Shown: positions 27,216 through 37,477, numbered from the stretch's first letter. The stretch is 64,000 nucleotides of DNA from Bacteroidales bacterium (GCA_016933335.1 JAFGBD010000021.1:7665-71664), one strand, 5' to 3'. Made by a program: numbers and translations. Notes: generated by a model from the letters alone, not told the origin.

Positions 27216-27965
27216 TTAGTTTAAAAAGTAATCCTGAACGGATTTGGTTTTGTTTTTTCTAAGGCTCTCATAAGTGCCATCAGCAATGAAACAGGAGTTT
27301 TCAAGTATCATAATCCTGTTGGATGTAAGTCTGGCACAATGCATATCATGTGTCACTATGATGGATGACGTTCTGAATATCCGCTGTACCTGTAAAATCA
27401 GCTCGCTGATTTCATGTGAGGTTGCAGGATCCAATCCCGTTGTCGGTTCATCATACATGATAATTTCCGGCCTCAGCACCAGCGCCCGGGCTAAACCTGC
27501 CCGCTTGCGCATACCTCCTGACAATTCGGAGGGCATTTTATTAATCGAATCCTTTAAACCTACATTTTCGAGTATTTCTTCAATAATAAATCCCTTTTCT
27601 TTATGTGAAATTTCATTTTCAGCCCTTTCAAGAGGAAACAACAGATTTTCCCTGACAGACATTGAATCATATAAGGCAGCACCCTGAAATACATAACCAA
27701 TTCTCTTTTTCAGATTATTCAGGGCATCTTCATTAAGATCACTAATGTTGTGATCAAATAAAATGATATCCCCTTTATCAGGCGGAATTAATCCCGTTAT
27801 GCATTTAAGCAGAACAGATTTTCCGGCCCCTGATTTTCCCAGGACAACCAGATTCTCACCGTGAAACAATTCAAGACTGATATCGCTCAATACGATTTCA
27901 GACTTGAACGATTTATAAAGATGTTCCACCTTTATAATGATCTCATTCCGCGTATGGTCCATCAT
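27216..27965 (-). CDS. ABC transporter ATP-binding protein (MlaF-like)
   Basis: Walker A 'GKSGAGKS', signature 'LSGGMRKR' and Walker B 'IIMYDEP'. There is a 4-nt overlap with the upstream permease gene. Confidence 0.92.
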   Translation of the reverse strand: MMDHTRNEIIIKVEHLYKSFKSEIVLSDISLELFHGENLVVLGKSGAGKSVLLKCITGLIPPDKGDIILFDHNISDLNEDALNNLKKRIGYVFQGAALYDSMSVRENLLFPLERAENEISHKEKGFIIEEILENVGLKDSINKMPSELSGGMRKRAGLARALVLRPEIIMYDEPTTGLDPATSHEISELILQVQRIFRTSSIIVTHDMHCARLTSNRIMILENSCFIADGTYESLRKNKTKSVQDYFLN

Positions 27966-28798
27966 ATGATCAGCTCTGTCAATTGAACAACAATCAGGTC
28001 AATCACGAAAACAGCCAAAGAGGATGAAACAACTGCCGAATTTGCTGCTAATCCGACACCTGCAGTTCCCCGGTCTGTGTAGTAGCCTTTATAACAAGAT
28101 ATCACCCCGATGGCAAAGCCGAAGAAGAAAGTCTTGATGGTTGCCGGTATGATGTCATAAAAATGTACCGAATCAAAGGCGTTCTTAAGAAACAGTTGAA
28201 ATGTTATGGAACTCTGAATATTAACACCAAAGAATGAACCAATGAAAGCGATTCCATCTGAATAAATAACGAGAACCGGAACCATTAGAGTGGCTGCCAT
28301 AACCCTTGTAACCACCAGGTATTTAACCGGATTTATGCCGGAAACTTCCATGGCATCTATCTGTTCGGTAACCCTCATTGAACTAAGCTCAGCACCGAAA
28401 CCGGAGGCGACACGACCCGTAAATATCAGGGCAGTTATCACAGGGCCGATCTCCCGGATTATCGAAACAATCACCATTCCGGGAAGCCATGCTTCTGCCC
28501 CGAGATCGGCCATAACAGGACGGGTCTGGAGTGTCAGTACCAACCCTAAAATGAAAGCTGTTATGCCAACCAAAGGCAAAGATTTATAGCCGACATAATA
28601 AGCCTGCCTTAGGAACTCCCTGAACTCTGTTGTTTTCTTGAACAATTCCCTGATAACTTTTCCTGTAAATCTTGCCAGACTGCCAAAATCTACAAAAAAA
28701 TCTTTCAGTTGTGCCGTAAATCCTTCATCCTGTCCGGTTGTACGCATAATCTTTTGTTTAAATACCCGGGTTGAAAAGGACAGCAATATTGATCGCAA
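27962..28798 (-). CDS. MlaE-family ABC transporter permease
   Basis: Multi-TM protein with 'REIGPVITALIFTGRVASGFGAELSSMRVTEQIDAME', the hallmark MlaE block. The true start may be an internal Met. Confidence 0.85.
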   Translation of the reverse strand: MRSILLSFSTRVFKQKIMRTTGQDEGFTAQLKDFFVDFGSLARFTGKVIRELFKKTTEFREFLRQAYYVGYKSLPLVGITAFILGLVLTLQTRPVMADLGAEAWLPGMVIVSIIREIGPVITALIFTGRVASGFGAELSSMRVTEQIDAMEVSGINPVKYLVVTRVMAATLMVPVLVIYSDGIAFIGSFFGVNIQSSITFQLFLKNAFDSVHFYDIIPATIKTFFFGFAIGVISCYKGYYTDRGTAGVGLAANSAVVSSSLAVFVIDLIVVQLTELII

Positions 28799-28884
28799 TT
28801 TACCCTTAAAGAATTGAAAATTATAAAATCATACGATGAATTCAAAGTTAAAACGAATCAAAACCATCCGCAGGTATAACTTTC

Positions 28885-29892
28885 TTAAGGACACCTGTAA
28901 CATACTTCGTTTTGGAGTTCTTTACCCTCACAGAAATCCATGATGTTCTTCATCGTAACTTTTGCAATGTTGGCCATGGCCTCTCTGGTGAAAAATCCCT
29001 GGTGTGACGTGATGATTACATTATTGAATGTCAGTAACCTGGCAAGTATATCATCCGTAAGAATCCGATCAGATAAATCTTCATAGAAGAACTGGCTTTC
29101 CTCTTCATAGACATCCAGACCGGCCGAACCGATTTTTTCTGATTTCAGTCCGTCAATTAAATCAGGCGTATGAATAAGTTTACCTCGTCCCGTATTAATG
29201 ATCATAACACCTTTTTTCATTTTATCTATCGCATGACGGTTAATGATATACTCGGTTTCTTTGTTTAAGGGACAGTTTAAAGAAATGATATCAGACCTGC
29301 TAAACAACTCATCAAGTGCAACATAATCGAATTCGTGCTTTCTGGCAAAAGCTGTATCAGGATATTTGTCATAAGCCAGCACATTCATGTCAAATCCCTT
29401 CAGTATCCTGATCAGCACCTTTCCGATCCGGCCCGAACCGATGATTCCTGCAGTCTTTTGATACATATCAAATCCCAGAAGCCCGTTCAGTAAAAAATTG
29501 GTGTCTCTCGTTCTGAAGTATGCCCGGTGAATTTTCCTGTTAAGGGCAAGCATTAATGTGACAGTATGCTCAGCTATGGCATTGGGGGAGTATTCAGGAA
29601 CCCTTACAATTTTAATCTTATCCTGGGCGGATTTCAGGTTAATATTATTGAAACCCGAGCATCTTAAGGCTATTAGTTTAACACCATATTCTGCAAGTTT
29701 TTCAATCATGTCTGCATTAATCATATCATTCACAAACACAATAATAATATCAAAACCCTGAGCCAGAATTATATTGTCCGGCGTCAGGTGATACCTGAAA
29801 TATTTAATATCAAAACCGAATTCTCTGTTTATTTCGTTAAATGATTCAATATCATAAGGCTTTGAATCAAAAAATGCAATTTTTGGTTTCAT
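28885..29892 (-). CDS. ldhA: D-lactate dehydrogenase / D-isomer-specific 2-hydroxyacid dehydrogenase
   Basis: Colinear with E. coli LdhA as I remember it. Shared blocks include 'ALRCSGFNNI', 'RVPEYSPNAIAEH', 'NRKIHRAYFRTRD', 'TAGIIGSGRIG' and 'DVYEEE'. Confidence 0.88.
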   Translation of the reverse strand: MKPKIAFFDSKPYDIESFNEINREFGFDIKYFRYHLTPDNIILAQGFDIIIVFVNDMINADMIEKLAEYGVKLIALRCSGFNNINLKSAQDKIKIVRVPEYSPNAIAEHTVTLMLALNRKIHRAYFRTRDTNFLLNGLLGFDMYQKTAGIIGSGRIGKVLIRILKGFDMNVLAYDKYPDTAFARKHEFDYVALDELFSRSDIISLNCPLNKETEYIINRHAIDKMKKGVMIINTGRGKLIHTPDLIDGLKSEKIGSAGLDVYEEESQFFYEDLSDRILTDDILARLLTFNNVIITSHQGFFTREAMANIAKVTMKNIMDFCEGKELQNEVCYRCP

Positions 29893-30017
29893 TTTTCTAA
29901 AATTGGGTTGTTGTTAGTATGATAACATCATAATCCGGGATTGGTTTAATATATTCGTATTTTTGACAGCCATTTCTTTTTTAATGATATCCTGGTAACC
30001 TGTTACATTGTATATTT

Positions 30018-30290
30018 CATAAAAAGTATAAAACCGGCCCTGTTCTCAGCGGAGGAACTGCAAGAGGTTTTGCCCATCCGGGCGCATTGAAAACCGTCGA
30101 GGAGCTGGATCTTAAACCGGATATTATTTCAGGTGCAAGTGCAGGAGCTATTGCAGGAGCATTTTATGCCGACGGTTATAAGCCCGAACCTCTCTGGCAG
30201 ATTTCTTCCCGGCTGTTTAAAAAATCTGATGATCCGCAGTTTCCATCCTTTGTCACTGACAAGACTATGACTTTTTACCTGATTTTGTGA
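30018..30290 (+). pseudogene. patatin-like phospholipase remnant (N-terminal ~90 codons only, no ATG)
   Basis: 'KKYKTGPVLSGGTARGFAHPGALKTVEELDLKPDIISGASAGAIAGAFYADGY' covers the oxyanion-hole motif (degenerate, GGTAR) and the GxSxG serine motif. The catalytic Asp region is absent, and there is no ATG in frame after the upstream TGA at 29985. The ORF runs into the antisense of the next gene. Confidence 0.6.
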
Positions 30291-33200
30291 TTTTCCTGTT
30301 TTGTTCTTTGTTGATTTCAGTTATTTCCTTTAACTGCTTTCTGAGTTTTTCGATTTCATCCTGCATGCTTTTTTCATGTCTGCTTGTTTCCTCCTGTGTA
30401 GCCTGCATTTCTTCGATGGTCTGCCTCATTTCTTCTTCCTGGGCATGCAGTTCCTCGCTTTGTTCCTGTGTCTTCTGAAGCATTTCACTGATTAAATTAT
30501 TTGATTTCACAGAAGATACAACAGAGGCAATATTTTCTGAAATCTTAAGTGCAAAATCAATCTTTGATTTTTCGATTTTATTAAATGACCCTATTTCTAT
30601 GACTCCGGCAGCCTCATCATCGTAAATTAAAGGAACCAGTATCAAATGCTTCAGGCTGTCTTCGCCTAATCCTGAATGTAATTTTGCATAAGTCTCGGGC
30701 AAATCATCAATTTCAATGATTTTCTTTTGCTTAAAACAGGTTCCGATAAGTCCTTCCCCCGGATGAAATGATGTTTTATCCAGCCTTTCAGATTGATAAG
30801 CATAATGAGCCATCAATTCTATGGATATCTGGTTCTCTATGGTATTATTTGATAAAAATAAACCTCCCTGCTGGGCGCCCATATATTTAACAATATCAGA
30901 AATAAGTGTTTGAGATAACTTCTGCAAGTCTTTTTTCTCTTTGCCGAGAATATCAGAAATCATTGCCATACCCTGATTAAACCAGTTATGATATTCCTCT
31001 GCCTTCTCCTTTTCCTCAAGTGCCTTTTTTTGTTTTTCAATCTCTTCCTTTCTTCTGTTAATTTCGAGATCTCCTGCTTTCAGCTTTTCTTCCAGTATGC
31101 TCTTATCTGCTCTGAGCTGCGATTCCCTGCGACGTATTAAATAAAGAACAATACCCAGTACAACCAGTGAAAGAATGATATAAAACCAACCTGTTTTCCA
31201 TAGCGGGGGTTTTACAATGATTTTCATGACGGCATTTTCCTCTGACCATACGCTGTTTTTATTGGCAGCTTTTACTTTAAAGAAGTATGTCCCCCCGGGT
31301 AAATTGGAATAGCTGGCAAACCTTACAGAAGCATCGGTATAGTTCCATTGTTCATCATAACCTTCAAGAATATATGCATATTTGTTATTTTCCGGAGAGA
31401 TATATTGTAATCCGACAAATTCAAGGGTAAATACCCTGATACGGTGATGGATCTTAATACGCTCTGTCTTAATTATTGGTTCATTAATTAAGACTTTACC
31501 ACGTATTTTCTGATTGGCAGATACTTTTATATTTCCTGCAGTCATACCGGTTATATGGACTTGCGGAGGATACTTGTTGGTCACCACATTTTCCGGATAA
31601 AATGAATTGAACCCGTTGATCCCTCCAAAGAAAATCTCGCCGTCAGGACTAACGGCTTTTGAGTGATAAAGGAACTCGATGCTCTGCAGGTTATCGGATT
31701 TTTTAAATATGTTGTATCTGACAGTATCCTGGCTATGAATTATATTGATAAGCTGTATAATCCCTTTGTTTGAGCTCAGCCATAAATTACCCTGACTGTC
31801 ATCGCAAGCCTCGTAGTAATTAACTTCGGGTAATCCGTTTGCTGTACCGAGTATCTTAAATTCATTGAAAACAGAATTTGCCTGTACAAGATAAGTATTG
31901 TCAATATCGAACCAGATATTCTTTTCACGGTCAATGTGTATGAAATTAACTGAAGTAATTGCAATACCTTCAATTTCGGAAAATGTCATGAAGTGACGGT
32001 TTGCGAGATCCAGAACTACCAATTTATCAGTACCCATCAGAAGCTTGTCCTGAAATCCGTTAATGGTATATATCTGGGAGTTCATTTCGGGAGGATCGGT
32101 ATAATCCGTCAGGTCAGGCGAAATTTTAACATATTCCTTTGTTTGAATATGATAGGAATAAAGTCCGTCGATGGCACCCAGCCATAATATCTCATTATCA
32201 ACAGGATCAATATAAAGTGAGTAAATCCTGTTCACAGGAAATCCATCCGGATTACTCTCAGAACGCAGATAATGTGTGAAAGTCCCGGTTTCTGTATCAA
32301 GATAGCTGAAACCTCCACCGTAGCCGGCAAACCAGATATTATTCCGGTTATCGACCTTTATATCCTTGATATTGTTGCTCAACGGAGTATTCATATTATT
32401 CAGGTCGTGCATATAATATGAAAACTGGCCGGTCTCCCGGTCAAGGTAATTAAGTCCGCCCTTTTCAGTCCCAACCCAGATATTTCCCAGCTGATCCACT
32501 GCCAGTGAATAGACATTTTTATCATTCAAGAAATATGGATTCTGTATGCGGGAATAATCATATCTGGTAAATCCGGAAGTGTTCAGGTTTGTATAACAGA
32601 CTCCTCCTGCATGTGTCCCCATCCATAGTCCTTCCTGATTATCCTGGAAAATGCATTGTATGGAGTTATGTGATAATTCAGAAATGGGATGACCGGTATG
32701 AGCGTACCATGTAAATGTCTCATTAAATTCATCAAAAAGGTATAATCCGGACATGGCACCAATCCAGAAATGACCTTTACTGTCTTTTAATATTCCCCTT
32801 ACACGTCCGCTTTCAGGATTGCCGGGATCCGGAAAATAGGTTTTAAATTGTCTGGTGCCAGGATCAAATCTCGAGAATCCATTGTTATTGTAACCTATCC
32901 AGATGGTACCTTTATCATCCTCATATATTCTTTCAATGAGATTTTCACCCAGGGATCCGGAATCCCCGTCAGCTGTGTAGTGAGTAAAAGTATTTGTCTT
33001 TCTGTCGTAATATGCCACTCCCTCGCGCTGATAGCCAATCCATATATTATTGTCCCTGTCCACAATAATGCGCTCGGGCGACCCTTCAGGAAGTGCACCG
33101 GGTTTTCCGGGAGAAGGCCTGAACCAGGTGAATTCTTTTGTGGTCAGGTCATAATTGCCGATTTCGCTGGCATTTGCAAACCATAGAACCTGGTTGTCAT

Positions 33201-33627
33201 CTTCAGCTATACCAACTGTCTTGGTTATTCTTCCCGGAAAATCAGGATCATTGAAACTTTCAAATCTGTCTTTCAAAGGATTATATGCACACATACCGTC
33301 CTCACCTCCGGCCCAGATATTACCATAACTGTCACATACCAGCTCCCTTATCTGACTAAACCTGGCTTTGGATGTGTCAACAAAGAAATAATCGTAGTTG
33401 TAAATACTGTATCCGTCGAATTTTGAGATACCTGTTCTGGTTCCAAGCCATATAAATCCGTAATCATCCTGGAGTACAGCCCTGACCCTGTTATTATTCA
33501 GTCCATCATCAACTGTTAAGAATCTGAACCGATATTGATCATGAAACCTTCGTTTTTGCTGGCCTGAAGTGTCAGGGAATATCCCGGTAAGTATTATAAT
33601 AAAGATAAATATCCGCCACGGTCTCAT
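30265..33627 (-). CDS. periplasmic two-component-regulator-propeller (Reg_prop + Y_Y_Y) sensor with a cytoplasmic GAF domain and no recognisable output domain
   Basis: Signal peptide from Met 33627 (TSG|QQ). About 12 propeller blades ('NIWIG', 'TIWIG', 'HFWIG', 'GLWMG', 'NIWVG', 'NIWFA', 'ILWLG', 'NLWLS'). Y_Y_Y domain ('YAYILEGYDEQWNY...GGTYFFKVKA'). One TM, a coiled coil, a GAF-like domain ('GEGLIGTCF...LILVPLIYDDEAAGVIEIGS'), and a terminal coiled coil. Confidence 0.8.
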   Translation of the reverse strand: MRPWRIFIFIIILTGIFPDTSGQQKRRFHDQYRFRFLTVDDGLNNNRVRAVLQDDYGFIWLGTRTGISKFDGYSIYNYDYFFVDTSKARFSQIRELVCDSYGNIWAGGEDGMCAYNPLKDRFESFNDPDFPGRITKTVGIAEDDNQVLWFANASEIGNYDLTTKEFTWFRPSPGKPGALPEGSPERIIVDRDNNIWIGYQREGVAYYDRKTNTFTHYTADGDSGSLGENLIERIYEDDKGTIWIGYNNNGFSRFDPGTRQFKTYFPDPGNPESGRVRGILKDSKGHFWIGAMSGLYLFDEFNETFTWYAHTGHPISELSHNSIQCIFQDNQEGLWMGTHAGGVCYTNLNTSGFTRYDYSRIQNPYFLNDKNVYSLAVDQLGNIWVGTEKGGLNYLDRETGQFSYYMHDLNNMNTPLSNNIKDIKVDNRNNIWFAGYGGGFSYLDTETGTFTHYLRSESNPDGFPVNRIYSLYIDPVDNEILWLGAIDGLYSYHIQTKEYVKISPDLTDYTDPPEMNSQIYTINGFQDKLLMGTDKLVVLDLANRHFMTFSEIEGIAITSVNFIHIDREKNIWFDIDNTYLVQANSVFNEFKILGTANGLPEVNYYEACDDSQGNLWLSSNKGIIQLINIIHSQDTVRYNIFKKSDNLQSIEFLYHSKAVSPDGEIFFGGINGFNSFYPENVVTNKYPPQVHITGMTAGNIKVSANQKIRGKVLINEPIIKTERIKIHHRIRVFTLEFVGLQYISPENNKYAYILEGYDEQWNYTDASVRFASYSNLPGGTYFFKVKAANKNSVWSEENAVMKIIVKPPLWKTGWFYIILSLVVLGIVLYLIRRRESQLRADKSILEEKLKAGDLEINRRKEEIEKQKKALEEKEKAEEYHNWFNQGMAMISDILGKEKKDLQKLSQTLISDIVKYMGAQQGGLFLSNNTIENQISIELMAHYAYQSERLDKTSFHPGEGLIGTCFKQKKIIEIDDLPETYAKLHSGLGEDSLKHLILVPLIYDDEAAGVIEIGSFNKIEKSKIDFALKISENIASVVSSVKSNNLISEMLQKTQEQSEELHAQEEEMRQTIEEMQATQEETSRHEKSMQDEIEKLRKQLKEITEINKEQNRKITKSGKKS

Positions 33628-34070
33628 GTTTATCTTTCCGGCTCCCATCTCTAGCTTTTTTATAAATTTACTTAATATGGGGCTTCTATTCAAAGATAAT
33701 TTTCATTTTTTTGAAAAAATTCATGATCCCTTTTTAAATAATGACCCTAATAAACAGATTAACAGTAAAAATCATCTTTGTCAATAATTATTTCCTGAAA
33801 AATCAGAATAATATTCTGTTGTTTTCAGAGTCATAGCATAATTAATGTTGTCTGTGATGATAAAATCAGGATGAAGCAACAATGCATCATTAAAACCACA
33901 TCCTTAAATTAATTCCGGATTCCCGGGCTTCCGGCCTGATGTCTCAACAGTTAAGAAAATGAACAAGTAACAAAGCTTGTTTAACATTATTTGTGAATTT
34001 ATAAAATAATAATAAATTTAATAATTTGTACTTTAACGCGTAATTAGATTACACTCATTTATTTTTAACA

Positions 34071-35618
34071 ATGAACCACATCAACCGACGAACATTTTTA
34101 AAAAATTCTGCTTCTGCAGGAGGGATGTTATTGCTGACACCTTATCTTAGCGGAAGCATGTTAACTTCATTTAAATCGGCACAAACAGGATACTTCGAGC
34201 GCGAATTTGGTATTGATGATGAAATATGCCAGATGTTGCTCGAAAAGGCACTTTCCAAAGGAGGTGATCTTGCCGATGTTTATTTTGAGCATTCCCTTGA
34301 GAACTGGCTGAACCTTGAAGACGGAAAAGTCAGCCGCTCATACGGAAATGTATTACTTGGAGTAGGAATAAGAACAGTTAAAGGTGACCAGGTTGGCTAT
34401 GGCTTTACACAGGAATTAACAAAAGAATCAATGTTATCGGCTGCCGCGACCGCTGCTTCGCTGGTTAATGAATCTGCTGGTACGGTTGCCCAAAGTCTTA
34501 AACTTCTCAAAACACAAAACTATTATCCTTTTGATCCGTCAATGGTCGAGATTCCTTTGGAATCGAAATTGCCTCTTGTAAAAGCCATCAATGATAAATG
34601 CTTTGCCCTGTCAAATCACATTGTCAAAGTAAGTGCCGGCTTTCACGACAGCACCAAAAGAATTTTAATTGCCACCAGTGACGGAGTGAAAGCTGAGGAT
34701 ATCTTGCCACGCAACTTCCTGTATGCTTCAACTGTTGGCGAAAAGGATGGCCGGACTGAACAGTCATGGTATAATTTTGGCGGAAGAAGAGATTTTTCTT
34801 ACTACACCGAGAAACTGACAGATAAACTTGCAGAGGAGGTTATTAAAAGAACTGAGAAACTTTTTGAAGCCATCCAGCCACCTGCAGGCGAGATGCCTGT
34901 AGTACTCGGGCCCGGTGTCACAGGTATCCTGTTGCATGAGGCTATCGGACACGGAATGGAAGCCGATTTCAACCGAAAAAAGATTTCAACCTATTCAACC
35001 ATGATTGGTAAAAAAGTTGCTGAACCCTTTGTAACCATAATCGATGATGGTACAAATCCCCAGCAGCTGGGATCGATCAATGTCGATGATGAAGGAATTC
35101 CTGGACAGAAAACAGTACTGGTTGAAAACGGTGTTTTAACCAGTTATCTGCATGATAAAATCTCTGCAAAACATTATGGTGTGGAACCCACAGGAAATGG
35201 CCGAAGGCAGAGCTTTGAGCACTATCCGCAACCCAGGATGAGAAACACCTATATGCTCTCAGGAGATGCAAATCCCGAAGATGTTATCAAAACTGCCAAA
35301 AACGGGATTTATGTGGAAGATATCAGCAACGGACAGGTCAAGATCGGGGAGGGTGATTTTGCATTTTATGTCTCACAGGGCAGGATGATTGAGGATGGCA
35401 AACTGACGGCTCCTGTCAAAGATATAAATATCATGGGTAACGGACCGAAAATGCTTGAAAATATCATCATGGTTGCCAATGATCTTGAGCTTCATGAAGG
35501 TGGTGCCGGCTCATGTGGTAAGGGCGGACAGAGCGTACCGGTTTCATTCGGGCTGCCTACCTGTCTTGTAAAATCAATGACGGTTGGCGGTACACAGCAG
35601 AAGGGAGGTGCATCATGA
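34071..35618 (+). CDS. tldD: TldD-family metallopeptidase with a twin-arginine signal peptide
   Basis: Tat motif 'NRRTFLK' followed by a hydrophobic region. Metal site 'HEAIGHGMEAD', plus 'GNGRR' and C-terminal TldD blocks. Confidence 0.9.
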   Translation: MNHINRRTFLKNSASAGGMLLLTPYLSGSMLTSFKSAQTGYFEREFGIDDEICQMLLEKALSKGGDLADVYFEHSLENWLNLEDGKVSRSYGNVLLGVGIRTVKGDQVGYGFTQELTKESMLSAAATAASLVNESAGTVAQSLKLLKTQNYYPFDPSMVEIPLESKLPLVKAINDKCFALSNHIVKVSAGFHDSTKRILIATSDGVKAEDILPRNFLYASTVGEKDGRTEQSWYNFGGRRDFSYYTEKLTDKLAEEVIKRTEKLFEAIQPPAGEMPVVLGPGVTGILLHEAIGHGMEADFNRKKISTYSTMIGKKVAEPFVTIIDDGTNPQQLGSINVDDEGIPGQKTVLVENGVLTSYLHDKISAKHYGVEPTGNGRRQSFEHYPQPRMRNTYMLSGDANPEDVIKTAKNGIYVEDISNGQVKIGEGDFAFYVSQGRMIEDGKLTAPVKDINIMGNGPKMLENIIMVANDLELHEGGAGSCGKGGQSVPVSFGLPTCLVKSMTVGGTQQKGGAS

Positions 35619-36937
35619 ACCAGCAGATGTATGATTTATGCAAGTGGGCTAAAGATACGGCCCTGAATAATGGTGCCACTGATTGCCGTGCACGGATGAC
35701 CAGGAGAAGGTTTGTGGAAATACGCTACCGCGATCACAAACCGGAAGTTGTAAAAGAAGCAACAACACGCGGGCTGAACCTCAATATATACATTGGAGGT
35801 AAATTCTCATCACAGAATACTCCCGACTTAAGAAAGGATGCGCTTGAAAGTTTCATTAAGAAAGCTGTTGAAAATACTGGTTTTATAGAAGATGATCCGT
35901 ACCGCTCACTTCCTGATCCGAAGTATTACGAAGGCAGGACAGAGATGGATTTGCAATTGTCAGATCCGGAACATGGCAATATAACTGCCGAACAGCGTCA
36001 TAAGGTTGCCAAAACCATTGAACAGGTGAGTCTTGATAAAGCAGGGGACAAGGTCATCTCGGTGGAAGCAGGAATGAACGACAGCGAATGGGAGGAGGTT
36101 ATTCTTACCAGCAACGGTTTCAAAGGTGCGATGCAGACCACCGATCACTGGGCAGGTGCCTCCGTTACAATTGCTGATGAGGGCGACCGAAAACCGAACG
36201 GATACTTCTGGGCAGGTGCCAGATCATTTGAAGATATGCCATCCGTGAAAACAATAGGTGAAGAAGCCGCTGCAAGAACCCTTGATTTGCTCGGAGCAAA
36301 AAAAATAAAAACAGAATCTCTGCCCGTAATTATTGAAAACAGGGTGGCCGGCAATGTGCTCTGGGGATTTTTAAGCGGTCTTTACGGTAACAACATCCAG
36401 CAGAAGAGATCTTTTCTGGCAGATAAGAAAGGGAAGGTCGTGGCGGGTAAATTGTTTACTATAAAGGATGATCCTTTCATTAAAAAGGGATTTGGCAGCC
36501 GGTTGTACGACGGGGACGGATTTCCTGCCAGAAAAAGAACAATTGTCAGCGAAGGCCGGATTGAGGAATTCCTGATTGACTGGTATTACAGCAGGAAGCT
36601 GGAGTGCGAGCCTACCACCGGAGGTATGTCAAACCTCATCATTCCGCCTGGCGATAAGTCTCCCGAAGCACTGATGAAAGATCTCGGACGAGGAATTCAT
36701 ATTACAGGATTTATAGGTGGAAACTCCAACTCGGCCACAGGAGATTTCTCCATTGGTATTATAGGGAAACTGTTTGAAAACGGTGTGCCAGTCCAGTCAG
36801 TTGCCGAGATGAATATCGCCGATAACCATCTGAATTTCTGGAATAAACTCTCAGCCATTGGGAATGATCCGTGGAAATACGGCAGCTGGCTGACACCAAG
36901 CCTCGTGTTTGATGATGTTCTCGTAGCCGGAATGTAA
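35615..36937 (+). CDS. pmbA: PmbA/TldE-family protein (partner of TldD), no signal peptide
   Basis: TldD/PmbA fold blocks ('GDFSIGIIGKLFENG', 'PSLVFDDVLVAG'), with no HExxxH. The ATGA start overlaps the tldD stop. Confidence 0.8.
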   Translation: MNQQMYDLCKWAKDTALNNGATDCRARMTRRRFVEIRYRDHKPEVVKEATTRGLNLNIYIGGKFSSQNTPDLRKDALESFIKKAVENTGFIEDDPYRSLPDPKYYEGRTEMDLQLSDPEHGNITAEQRHKVAKTIEQVSLDKAGDKVISVEAGMNDSEWEEVILTSNGFKGAMQTTDHWAGASVTIADEGDRKPNGYFWAGARSFEDMPSVKTIGEEAAARTLDLLGAKKIKTESLPVIIENRVAGNVLWGFLSGLYGNNIQQKRSFLADKKGKVVAGKLFTIKDDPFIKKGFGSRLYDGDGFPARKRTIVSEGRIEEFLIDWYYSRKLECEPTTGGMSNLIIPPGDKSPEALMKDLGRGIHITGFIGGNSNSATGDFSIGIIGKLFENGVPVQSVAEMNIADNHLNFWNKLSAIGNDPWKYGSWLTPSLVFDDVLVAGM

Positions 36938-36963
36938 CGGGCTGGCCAGAATATGATTGCACT

Positions 36964-36999
36964 CCATCTCCTCCCTGTTGTATAGCAGGGAGGAGATGG
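36964..36999 (+). terminator. perfect 14-bp stem hairpin after pmbA
   Basis: CCATCTCCTCCCTG-ttgtatag-CAGGGAGGAGATGG starts 27 nt after the stop codon. Only a short TT follows, so it is either a factor-independent terminator of the Bacteroidetes type or an RNA-stability element. Confidence 0.6.
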
Positions 37000-37015
37000 T
37001 TATAACAGATATGCC

Positions 37016-37438
37016 ATGTACCAGAAAGACTATATTCTCAGGATGATTGAAATGTTCGGCGAAATGCTGGCCGGCATTTTCGGATTAATCAAAAAGAGAC
37101 GCTATGAGGAAGCCTCTCAGGCCATTGAAAATGCCTGGATTGAACTCCTTGAAAAAAGTGCTTCTGATATCCTGAAAGTTTATGCTGAAATGCTTCCCCT
37201 GACATTGCAGAAAGATTTCGGTTTTAACCAGCAGCAGCTGGAAGTTGTTGCCGGACTGTTATATGCGGAAGCCGAATTAAATTTCGTGCAAAAAAAGTTA
37301 CGGGAAAGTAAAGTTAACTTTGAAAAATCACTCGTCATTTACAGATACCTGGATAAAGAACAAAAGGTATTTTCACATGAACGGCAGAACAGGATCGCCG
37401 ACATTGAAAAAAGAATATCGGAAGTTTCTTTTTATTAA
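37016..37438 (+). CDS. hypothetical helical protein (140 aa)
   Basis: Clean ORF between a terminator hairpin and the next gene. The composition predicts an all-helical protein. I recognise no family. Confidence 0.5.
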   Translation: MYQKDYILRMIEMFGEMLAGIFGLIKKRRYEEASQAIENAWIELLEKSASDILKVYAEMLPLTLQKDFGFNQQQLEVVAGLLYAEAELNFVQKKLRESKVNFEKSLVIYRYLDKEQKVFSHERQNRIADIEKRISEVSFY

Positions 37439-37477
37439 CTTGCCGCATCATTATTTGAAATTCCCGGTATTCAATCA

